Shown: in pieces, positions 25,914-36,935 of the stretch | Layout: every line of letters starts with the position of its first letter | How positions within the stretch are numbered: the stretch's first letter is position 1 | Source of the DNA: Phoronis australis | Taxonomy: Eukaryota; Animalia; Phoronida | Assembly (NCBI GenBank): GCA_002633005.1 | Contig: NMRA01000303.1 | Span: forward strand, 373,714-437,713 | Length of the DNA: 64,000 bases | Direction: 5' to 3' | The notes under the pieces: generated by a model | The model's input: the letters and a program-made list of their open reading frames with translations, nothing else | Database searches by the model: none | What the model was told of the DNA's origin: nothing | Made by a program: the position numbers and the translations under genes

Positions 25914-28900
25914 GTAACAGCTATAATAAATAATAATAATAATGATAATAATAATAATAGTAATTGATGATAATAATGATGATTTTTTTAAAACATGAGA
26001 ATAGGTATAAACACAAGTGTAGCTATTATTTGTGTCTGAATTCGCAGTAAAACAGCAAATTTGAAATAATTAAGGAAGCAAGTCCCCTCCTCATTTTCTT
26101 CCGGTCAGCTTAACTAATTTTACAATCCCAACAATATTACATATTCCTTGTAGAATGAGAAACAGTTGGCCAGTTGGAATCTTGAAGTTGGCGCGCTTTG
26201 GAGGAGGTTAAGTGGCACATCCATAGGTGGAGATTTTTGAGCTAAAATACTCAAAACCTAAATTGGTAACACTCTTTCCTTCTTGTTTCACATCAAAACA
26301 AAACATTCAAAAAGAATTAACGACGTAACCTTTTTGTGTAAAATGCAAAATTAAAGCTAACGTTTAAGACACTCATTGCACAGACGTAAAAAATCAGTGA
26401 AAATATGAACGTCACTGAAACATGGCATCATGCAGCGCAGTTAATGAGACTTGAAAAGGATTTCAATCATGGATTTAATTGCCCTACACCATTGGCTAAA
26501 TAGTACTCCGAGATCCCATGAGAGGGCGTAGTGAGGTCAGTGCGTGGTTTTCCGTCTTTACGCTTTTTTCCTTAAACAATCATGGATTTAATTAAACGTG
26601 GTTTTCAGTGACTCACGGCAATACAGCATTTTTGCTAGAGGTGCCTCTGTTGAGGTGGCTGTAACCAAAATCTAATGCGGTCAAACCCGCTTCGTTTTAC
26701 ACATTAGCAGCACTAAAATACAAAAATACAAATTTTCAAAAAATTCAAAGATATATTGAAACTGTTCCGAACGCAACAGTGGTGTCCACCCGACGTCCCT
26801 GATCTCTCCCAATTTGTGCCAATTTGTCTGATCAATCTGGAAAGTCTCGGCATTCACTTCGTGGTCTTCGACTTGGACACCCATGGGCAAAATTCGCTGT
26901 AAAGTTAGTCAGTTAGTCTTATTTACAGACATGCTTACTGAATTGCCGATTAAGGACGCTTGGCCCACAGATTTTTCGTAATATTAAGTTAAAACCTTGA
27001 TAAAAAGCCAAAATGCATTATTTTCTTTTTCAAGTGTTTGAAAGTCTCAGACTTCTTCGTACACAACATCTTGGAACTACAAAAGTGACTTGTAAGAACA
27101 CGTTAGCTTTTGATATATATGTGGCTGTATAATAATTTTAACACTATTGCCTGAAACATCTGTTCACTTTTTGTTGTCTTTATTCCATTAAACTGTGGAA
27201 ATCCATCTAACAAAAAAATCAAAGCAAAAATGTTTTTCTCTCATTGTTCTAGAATCTTTGGACGATAGGACGAGGATAAAACCTAACGATCAGTCTCGGC
27301 CATCCCCGTCCCGTGAACGCAAGCCCGACCATAACCACGGGATGTTCCCGTTTGGACCAGCTGCTGGAGACACACTTATGGGGACGACGGATGACGGCTG
27401 CCAAAAGTTTACTTTTGGCACACCAATCAAATATTTTGGCTCATCTTATACCAAAATGTGGGTTAGTGTTGCTTACGTTTTAATGTTTGCACAAAGAAAA
27501 GGTGTAATCTCCATTGTTCTTCTATGAGTCATGGGCGTCTTAAAAGAATTTGTTTCTTCATATACATGTACAGTCACAAGGCAACACAAGTGTTGTCACC
27601 ATCATGCGAGCAAATTTCCCGTGGTTGTGCGTCCTAATGAAACTAATCCATAAATGGCAAACCATGTCGTTTATTTATCCGGCTGAATGATTCAATTACG
27701 AACAAAACGCCTGGTACAATTTCATTATGTATTTTCTGATTTTCTACATGCGGTATTTCATGTCCGAGTACAATCTTTGTAGGTTTGTAACAACGGAATC
27801 GTGACGTTCGATGGCGTTGTTTGGTGGTATACGCCTCGTCCGATGAGTCACCCTGCTCAGAATAAGAGAATAATAGCAGCCTATTGGGCAGATATCGACA
27901 CTAGGTTTGGAAATGGCGAAGTTTTTTACGGAAAGAGAACAAGCGCAACGGATCTTCAACGAGGGAAAAAACTTGTAGAGAAGGCGCTTCAAGGCATTCC
28001 CAACTTTAACCCCACGATTGTGATTGTTATCACGTGGTACAGATGCACGTTCTTTGGAGCCAACTCCCAAGGCCGCCAAAAGGTACGTGGACGCATTGTG
28101 CTGAATCGAAAAGCAACACTTGAAGTCAGAGTACCCTACAAATAAATAAACCACACAGTGTTTGTTACGAAGGCAAACGATAAAAATTTCGATATTTACA
28201 AAAAGTGGCTGGTGCTTAAGTGTGGACACAAATTTCGCCTTTGTTATTTGATCCGTCATAGACACGATTGATCTTTTTCGGGCATGATTTAAGGCTTTCT
28301 GTTTTGAAACGTCTCACCAGGGTCAGAATATATTTTTTACGTCGAACATTTGGAACAATCTGATTTTGGGGAGATAATCGCCCAAAGTAATGGCACTTAA
28401 AGACTGGATATGTATATGTAAATGTATATGTAAATGTATATGTAAATGTATATGTAAATGTGTATATGTTTATGTGTATGTATTAAACGTATTTGTCTGT
28501 ATATACACCAATATACATTTTTTCAGCAAACCGACCCTTCAACATACATGTAGGTCATTTTGAATTCATGGTGAAGAGTGTTTAATCTTCTCGATTTTGA
28601 AATATACCTGATATTTCAGCTTAACACCTTCCAACTTGTAATTGTCTCGGACGGACCCAGAACTTTTGCCTTCAAGATTTACGACCGTCTCCAGTGGACC
28701 ACTGGTACGGCGAGTGGTGGAAATCCATCTACTGGTCTAGGCGGGACTGAAGCTGCGGTACGTTTTCAATACTCTTATAGCAACTGTAAATTTATGTGAT
28801 AAGCCAAGTTTCATGCTCAAACTGTTTTGATCTTGTCTTTCAAACACTTCCAAAACTGTTTAGAAGAAATGCAACCAACGAGGGACAGAACTGTTTTAGA

Positions 28901-31900
28901 CACGCATTGTGGTTAGTTCACACAACCGCAGCCACTCTCACCCCGGTTGCCGTTGCTAAGTTCCACATGCGCAAACAAATAGGTGGCTGAAATCTCTTGT
29001 GAAAGTACTAATACTACAACAGTAGAACCTTTTCAGTTGACATACAACTGATACCGAATACGTACTCAAACAATCAGAAAGGGTTCTAGGGTAAATTAAC
29101 ATTTAAATCCAGTGGCGTATCTCCGATTTCAAACCTTCAACTCTATTCATGGATTACCGGTACTAAATCATTGAGATCAACCGTTCTCCAACAGATCTCA
29201 GGTCGATTCAAAAAGCTTGGTATCGTTGCACGATCGACGATAAGAAAAACTGCCTCCCGTTCAGTAACGCTAGGACCTCTCTAAAAAGCAAGACTTCACG
29301 AGATTACGTGAGATATTGCCGTGTATTATAAATAAGAACACGTGACTTTGACTAGATTTTAGCTAGGTCCTAGCATAGGTCCTAGCGTCTACTGAACGCA
29401 CGCCACGAGATTAGTCACTGCTAAGACTCAGATGTGGCCACTGGTGATGGGAATTAGAATGCACACTTGAGACTTGGCTTGTCGGCGATTTCCGGTTTCC
29501 ATAGGTCACTTGTCATATTTTCCATTTACTTTTTGTAATTCGTTCACGCAAAATACTAATCAAATGTAAAAATTTTGCGAGACATTATTAAGGTACAGTG
29601 ATTTTGCGAGACATTGAAGGTACAGTTATTTTGCTTTATTCAGACGTATATTCCCATGAGCTAATTCACGTGCTTTAAAACCAGGTAATGCCCCGGCACA
29701 CCAGAGGGTCGGTGCCACTACCGTTTTTGGTCAAAACCGCCATCACCGTGGTGACACCGCCAGTAGTGTTTCATAGTTTTGCCCTACTCGTCACGCGTGT
29801 TCTTCTTCTCCCCACGGGATCGCCGTAAGGTAGCCAGTCTACGTTTTCGGCGATTGCACGGCGGTTGTACTGCGGAAGCACGGCGTTGATGGAGGTGCTT
29901 CTGCGGTCCTTGTACGGTGCCACAGCAGTCATAAAGGGGATCCCGGTGGGAATTGGCCCAACCCGTGGTGGCACTGCGAAAGTTTTGAACATGTTCAAAG
30001 TTTCCGCCGTGCCACCGCGAAGGTCCGCGGTTTTGACAGTTTTCCGATCAAAGGCGGACCCACTGCGGAACCATGGCTATCATGGCGGTGCCACTGCGGT
30101 TTATGCCCTACAAGCACTGCAGTGGCACCGCACCTCCGGTGTGACGGGGCTATGTGCTCCTTTCTTAGTTTGATCTCCTTAAATCATTGACTCGCACTCT
30201 AAGTCTCCCATCCTTATCAAAAATTCTCTTTCTGCTTCATTAACAATGATTGTTTGTGGGACTAAAATGAAAGACGAGCGTAACGTTGACGTGTCGGGAT
30301 TATCACATCCACCAGTGTGTGTGTGTGCCAAAGTATTGTCAATTATCTATAGCGGTTGAGAGTTTGCCTTATCATTTCAGATGGGATTTTCTAATCGTTT
30401 CGCCAGTAACCAATGGTACCAAGTTCCTGGCTATTCATTCACTCCTAATGCACTGGACATGACGAAAGTTACTAATATTCAAGGACCCTTCGTGCCCGGA
30501 TGGACAGGCTGTTGGCTGGATCAGTACAACTTGATAGGCACATTAGGTAATGTCGTCACTAAAACCGTGCGAGTTTCCTGACATTTTTTAGACATACGTA
30601 GGTTACATTGCTGGACACTTTGCATAAGGCACCTGTGGCAAGACACAAGAAAACGTCTATTTGTTATAAAACTCTGCCAATTGCTCTTAACAGAATGGAC
30701 GTTTCTATTTGCCAGGTCCTTGTGTTTCATCCTCTAAGAAGTAAATCTGTAAACACCTGCTTCGGCGTTTGAGTTTTTAAGTACCGCAAATAATACGGCA
30801 TAAAAGGTTCTGTTCTTGTCTCATCAAAATTATTCTTAGTTAAAGATAGTTTATAGGGCTCTTTACAGTGGCGGATTTAGAGGGGACAAGAGGGTCATGC
30901 GCCCCCTTAAAATTCTTCCATATTCCATTTGGCAGTTCAGGAGTGCGAATGTCTGACGGGTAAAATTCTGGTTGATATTCTGCCTTGCCCCCCTATCTCA
31001 AAATCCTGGATTCGCCCCTGCTTTATAATTGAACATTTGGATAACCCAGTAGACACATCTGTTCACTCCAGCCCACTTTTATGGCCTCAATTTTGGGACT
31101 ACTCTCCCAAGGTGGTGCTTCTCACACGGTCGCCACAAGTGTCTAGCTACCGCATTCTCGTCGCCACAGCTTTTGAGGAGAACCAGGCGAGACCCTGCTT
31201 TCTGATGGACCATAAGGTAGTCGGAATTTATTTTGCTAAAATTCCGACCTTAGTAAGGAGTCATACTAAATGTCCAGCCGCTGTTGGTTGTGTGCTCAGA
31301 TGAGTTGATTTGTTCTCGGGTTGGTACTGAACGGCCAAAATGTCTGCATGCAACTGCACCACAATGCGGATTTTAGGTCTCTTGCACGAAAGTCTTGGCG
31401 ATCAGGGGCCCGTTCCAAGAAAACTGGCATACCAAGACAAATCTTGTATTTCCGTAAATTTTAAGATAAAACTTAAACTTGACTAAAGTCCGTTTCAAAA
31501 AAGAGATCTTAACTTTGACATAAGTTTTTAAAATAAGTTTTGTCAAAGTTGTGACTAACTTACCGGATGTAGAAGTTTCAAAGTTTGGAAGTGGAGACAA
31601 ATGTTAGACTTCAGTCAAAGTGAACTTAAGTCAGTTTCTTGGAACGGGCTTGGGCTTATAAGTGAAACTTCTAGTAACTGGCTTAGTAAACGAGGAATTA
31701 TTAAAAATTTACACACACATGTTCACTTCTGTTGTAGCACCAATCATGGACTGCCTCCGAAAGCAGAGATGCTGCGTCATGCAGGGCAACCGTTACCAAC
31801 CAGCACCGATCCCCGGATGTACCAAATTCTTCCAATGGGATTACTTGAATTCCACTCCGTGGCCAACGCCACAGCCATGTGCACCGGGAACACTCTTCGA

Positions 31901-31973
31901 CGTGTTCCCTACGATTTGCACTGGTAACCACATAGGAAACGTAAACAGCAATACTTGTAGTTCAAATTTGTAA
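24425..31973 (+). CDS. Gene B (whole spliced CDS): secreted NIDO plus ChtBD2-like paralog, 371 aa
   Basis: Exons 24425-24491, 27253-27461, 27783-28082, 28620-28757, 30381-30546, 31738-31973; GT-AG, same phases as gene A. Confidence 0.88.
25732..25985. repeat. (AAT)n microsatellite
   Basis: Long interrupted AAT/AAC run. Confidence 0.95.
27253..27461 (+). CDS. Gene B exon 2
   Basis: ttctag acceptor; ESLDDRTRI...[23 protein letters not shown]...YTKMW; gttagt donor. Confidence 0.9.
27783..28082 (+). CDS. Gene B exon 3
   Basis: ttgtag acceptor; [10 protein letters not shown]...[12 protein letters not shown]...; gtacgt donor. Confidence 0.93.
28620..28757 (+). CDS. Gene B exon 4 (NIDO core)
   Basis: tttcag acceptor; [12 protein letters not shown]...[19 protein letters not shown]; gtacgt donor. 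Confidence 0.95.
29251..29404. mobile_element. MITE family 2, copy 2
   Basis: Near-identical to 19454-19607. Confidence 0.85.
29690..30150. mobile_element. GC-rich MITE with ~30-bp terminal inverted repeats (PIF/Harbinger-like)
   Basis: GCCCCGGCACACCAGAGGGTCGGTGCCACT ... AGTGGCACCGCACCTCCGGTGTGACGGGGC. Confidence 0.75.
30381..30546 (+). CDS. Gene B exon 5
   Basis: tttcag acceptor; [17 protein letters not shown]...[13 protein letters not shown]; G|gtaatg donor. Confidence 0.92.
30866..31020. mobile_element. MITE family 1, copy 2
   Basis: CAGTGGCGGATTTAG...GGATTCGCCCCTG with TSD CTTTA. Confidence 0.88.
31406..31650. mobile_element. MITE with GGCCCGTTCCAAGAAA inverted ends (PIF/Harbinger-like)
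   Basis: GGCCCGTTCCAAGAAAACTG ... CAGTTTCTTGGAACGGGC; partial inverted copy at about 25415-25558. Confidence 0.7.
31738..31973 (+). CDS. Gene B exon 6 (7-Cys ChtBD2-like module, stop)
   Basis: ttgtag acceptor; [34 protein letters not shown]...[18 protein letters not shown]...TCSSNL*. Confidence 0.92.
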
Positions 31974-33139
31974 TGGTGCCAACTTGCCAGAGATTGTGTC
32001 ATAAGGAGATGTCTCGTTATTTTGCTTGAATATATTTAGGTTTTAAGTACTCAAAAATTTACATGTCAGATACTTAAAGCCTATATTTATTAGTCAAGTA
32101 ATATGAGGATGTAGCAGTCATCCTAGATTCGAGTGAAAACGGTCGTAAAAACCCTAAAATTAAGAATAAATGAAATTCATGCAAACCTAATGTCTGTTCC
32201 ATATGACAAAGTCCAAATGTCTGACTCTGGATATTGCATCGTAAAATACACGCTTTGCAGGCATGCTCTTACTCGCTAAAGTTCAAAACAGAACTCACTG
32301 AAACTAAGATTGCACGTAAATCAAATTTAATTGTACATTCAAATGTATTTACGAGGTCAGTCAAACTGTACACTACATAATGCTTTGGAATACATTCAAC
32401 GCAAAATGAAATAGTTGTTTTGATTTCGACACTGTTTTGAAATTAAATTTATAATCCCCAACCATTCATTCATGCGGTTAGTTCCATTCGTAATTTATTA
32501 TCCACAAAATGTAAAAAGTGACACTCACTTACCAGATTGTGACTTTTTGTACACCGGGGTGAAATTTACAAGGTGTGGGAGCTGTGACGCACTGGTTAGT
32601 AAGTCAGGCTAAAGTGCCGATTTTAAGGGAAAACGTCCTTTGTACAAATCTCAAACTGTCTGTTGAGCAAATTTAGAGTCAAAGCTTTTGTTTGTCTTCA
32701 TTCGCTGTAGCAAACTTTCATAGATATATGGGAAGTATTCTGCGCTGGATTGCATAAAACTTCAAAGTTATCCGCTGGATGAGTTTGATTGTTGCATTAC
32801 GTCATGAGCATTGTACAACAATAACAACGTGGCGCGTGATATTGCGACATCATTGTTGCTTTACGACGTATAACCTTTATGCATCTGGGCCCTGGTGCAC
32901 ATCATCAAAAAGCGATGGAAAAGGAGTTCTTTTAGAAACGAGTCAGTTTTTGTAACTTAAAAATGTCAACATTGAGTTCCTGAGAAGGGGCTCAATTTTT
33001 CCCTTGTACAATGCCAGATTTCACTTCGTAGGACTACGTTGCTCTTGAGGCAGATACGTTTCATCCGTTTTTGGTCACGAATGGTAGGACAAATTCGCGA
33101 TACTCGTTTTTTAACGCTGTTATCACCGTCAAAACTGAA

Positions 33140-33720
33140 GCTTATTTGTGATAAATTTCGTGAAAAACCATTGGGAAACTATAAGATGTAAATGCAAACG
33201 TAAACCTTAAATTGCCTAAAACTCGTGGGCAGCCGATGTCACATTTACAGAAAAACACAAAATTTATCAAACATCTTGCAAATGGTTAAGAATATATAGA
33301 GCCGTGGACGCAAAAAACGATAAAATCAACACTAGGAGCGCCACAGTTGTTAGATCGTCCAAACTCAACGGCGTTTGAGTGGTACGGAATCGAAACTAAT
33401 AAACATGACCACTAGGGGGCGCAGAATATGCCAAATCCGTCCAAAATTCCAGTATGCCGTCTCCTAAATGAAAACCTGCTCACGAAAATCCATGTACGAA
33501 CTCCGAAGACACACTTTGAGGCAAACGTAAAGCTATTCCTCTTGGACCGGGACACAGAGGTTGTGAAATAGGTTTGTTATCAGCCGCTATCCTCTCTTCA
33601 TGGACAAATCTGCAGTAATGGTCCGTCAAGTTGTTTGACAGATTTAATGAGTCGAGGAATACTTCTGCTGCTGGATATAATCTCAGACACGGCACCGATT
33701 AGATTCTTTACACCCTAGAA
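33140..33720 (-). mobile_element. HINE/DINE-like element, second copy
   Basis: Same GCAAACGTAAAC / CCACTAGGGGGCGC / AATCCGTCC blocks as 20340-21260. Confidence 0.5.
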
Positions 33721-35043
33721 TTTTAGATCAAATTTAGGGTGCTGTATTTCGAAGAGTCTATTTTCTTTTAACTTTAGCCAAAAGTTGATTTTTTTCTTGA
33801 ATTTAGCTTTTAGTCTGCCCCCGAACGGGCTACGGATATCTGTATTCTTGGCTTTGAGTTTTAGGCAGATTTCTGGCCTTTAGCCTTAGCCTGATTTCAA
33901 AAAGCCCCCAAAAAACCCAAAAGACAACAGAAAAAGTTCCTAGATATTTGAAGTACAGGTAAAGAGTAAAGACAGTAAATTGCCCATGTCTGTAACAGAA
34001 ATCACTTTTCAATAAACTGGTACAGCCATATTGTTTACGATATACATTCGGCGGGTCCGCCAACCAGGCAGCGAGACTTCCCATTGAGTTATAAACTTCA
34101 AGTCGCAATGGAGAACCAATGAGGTTTCCAAGCTGGTCGACCCGGTTGAACCGGCTGGATTGAATCAAGTACAGCGATTGCGTTTTCAACCAAACAATAA
34201 TTAAGATCATTTTGTGATATATGTTTGAATATCAAAATAAAATGTAATTAATTCCGAATTTGTGAAAAACAACACATTTTCACATTTTGTGCTATTTATC
34301 ATATAAATTGAAAAATGAGCTTACACTATCCTGGTTCCAGAACTGATGAAACATTGGCACTTGTGAATTTTCTGGCTGAAACATTTGATGAACGTCATCA
34401 AAATTCATCTACAAATGTGATAAGATCTTTTACATTCTTCATAGTTTCAAACAGGATTGCAACCGCTGGTATTAATTGCACTGTGTACGTTTACCGCTCA
34501 CAAACGTCGGTGACGGAATTTTACCTACGCCGGTTCCCATTTTGATGGGTAGTTGCCATATCCATTGCCGATGTTCGGTGAGCTGTTGCCGGTTGCATAA
34601 AAGTTGCACGTATTATCACGTGTCACGTTACCAATGATAAAAACATGCACATGGCGTCATGCAACACTAAAATTAATGTTTTGATGTTTTATGTTACCCA
34701 GCCCGTTAACTTGAGACAGACTGTGGCTAAATTACTTTTCTGACAATAATAGGCCGTGCGCAAATCTCGTCAAAGTGTTTGCCTACATCTACTTCAGAAA
34801 CATTTTATGGTTTAAATGTCACTTCTGCATAGCTACGTTGGCAGTGGCGAAGGAATCAGTACCCGGATATAAACCAGTCTTGTACAACATTTGTTACTTG
34901 CTTGACCAGTGTAAGCAGCATGTCCTCTCACAAATCAAGAAAAGAGTCAGCTCGTTAAAGCTGCATTTTGCCTGCTTTCTTAAGGTGTCTAAAACGAAAA
35001 TCGAACCAGGCCTTTTATTCTAGTTAAATAAAGTCCCATTATA

Positions 35044-36110
35044 CGAGGGTCGTTCAATAAGTTCTCGGCCTCAGCAAGAAAACAGAGACGCAGGTTGAAT
35101 ATTTTATAACATACTTGGGAAAAAAAGGAGTGTTAAGAGATGCAAAAAAACACTCGGAACAAACTCCCCGAGTTGCTCCACAGCCAAAAAAATTGGTCAG
35201 CTTGTTTCAAGAGACGTAGAGAAAACGTTGAAGATGATCTTCGTCCAGGATGTTCCAAATCGTCGACCTCCAGTGAAAATTTGCAGGAAATTCATGCAAT
35301 GGTTATAAAAGACAGTCGATGACTGTTCAACATTAGGCAAACACTGTTTGCATCAGCAATTGGTTTGTCTCTAAAATTTAGAATGAAAATTTGGGCATGA
35401 GTAAGTTGAATGCACGATGGGTGCCAAGAATGTTAACTCAGGATCCGAAGATGAGCAGAATGCAAATTTCAATGAAACTTCTATGAAGATTCCAAGCAGA
35501 TCCAGACAAATTTAGAAGACTTGTAACCCAGGATGAGACAGGGGTCCACCACTTTGACCCGGAATCAAAACAACAACGTAAACAATTTAAGCACGTGGGT
35601 TCCCCAAGCCCGAGAAAGTTCAAGTTGGGTGCCTCTGCGAGCAAAGTTATGACCTCTGTGTGCGAATTACATCACATTTGGAAAAACTTGAAAAAGCAAT
35701 CAAGAAGAGACGCGGGAAGTTTGGGGCTGGAGTGCTGCAGCATCAAGCCAGCGCATCTACCCAAATTGCTCAAGTTGCAGTGTCTGAAGCAAGTAGATTT
35801 GGATAGTGAAATCCGTCCGCACCCCGCCTATTCTCCAGACCTGGCCCCGTCTGATTTTTATTTGTTTCCACATTTCAAGGCCTAAGTGCGTGGTCGCCAG
35901 TTTGTGAGCGATGATGACGTCATGAGAACAGTGGAGGAGCATTTTGAGGGGCTCGACAAAAGCTTCCTTTACAAAGGCATTGCAAAACTGGAGCACAGAT
36001 GGATGAAATGCATTAATGTAACGGGAGATTATATTGAAAAATAAAAGTCAAAATTAGTTGCTATCGCGTTGTTTTCTGGGTGAGGCCGAGAACTTATTGA
36101 ACGACTCTCG
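35044..36110 (+). mobile_element. Defective mariner (DD34D) transposon
   Basis: TIR CGAGGGTCGTTCAATAAGTTCTCGGCCTCA with TA at both ends; motifs WVPRMLT, VTQDETGVHHFDPESKQQ, HPAYSPDLAPSDFYLF; stops and deletions. Confidence 0.95.
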
Positions 36111-36499
36111 TATAACATGTGTACAAGCCCTTTGAATGTATACGTGCGTCATTTTTGAATTCTCAGTTGTAAGGTTGGCCAACCCTCATAAAGTCTTAGT
36201 CACTGATGAATTCGATGTTCTTATTTTTAACGGAAATGGATCCCTGTCACGGTGTAAAGGCGATTTTGTGAAAGGAAAAAACCCAATTTGTGTCCCATTT
36301 TAGCCAGGTGAACAAGACGATTCACATTTATAGGCAGCTTTGACTGTTTTCTTTAGGACTGCAGCAAAGTTTCAGCATGGGGAAGGGGAGCGGTAAAATA
36401 TTTTGTTTTTAATGCGTGGTTTTCAAATTCGAAGTCTATATTGACAAAATGGGCAGTCAGAGCAATGCAGCTATCAGTAGGAATTGATCTTCATTCCAA

Positions 36500-36935
36500 A
36501 ACCAGTGGTTAATGACATGTTGTCCGAACATTCAAGAAGTCCATTTAACTGCAATAGTCTCCTGACGCTCAAGCATTGTGCTCTCAATAAAGTCGGTACG
36601 GTTGTGACGTCTGTATTGTGTATGTGTTTTAAAAACCAAATGTATTGGTTTGGACTTGTTATCAGCTGTGCTCTCTGAAAAGGCAGTTTTAATGTCTAGG
36701 TTCGTGAGAGTCGGTTGGCTTACTATTGAAGGCTGTGATCGTCTCAGAGTGCTTTTTGTGTCTGCACACGACGTATCTTCACTGCCGCGTATGTCGACAC
36801 CGTGATGACCTTGATTGTCGATCCGGAACTGGGGCATTCAACGTCTTTATCACAAAATTTGCTCGTCCGACATCTGAAATGCTTCCACACTTTCTTACTT
36901 TTCTTTGGAAAGTATAATGCTTGTTGTTTCATCCA
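36500..36935 (-). mobile_element. hAT/BED zinc-finger transposase remnant
   Basis: Minus strand SKKVWKHF...KFCDK...HHGVDI; the sister copy at about 57140-57290 reads KLCDKNVVCHSFG*TANVI*HLKRHHGVDI, a BED-finger pattern. Confidence 0.55.

Noticed and set aside
26154-26210. Alternative first exon for gene B (tag|AATGAGA...GAG|gttaag)
   Set aside because: [17 protein letters not shown] lacks a hydrophobic signal core; as an internal exon it gives an immediate stop; 24425-24491 fits better
29771-30173. GC-rich ORFs on both strands
   Set aside because: Lie within a TIR-bounded MITE in gene B intron 4; no protein motifs
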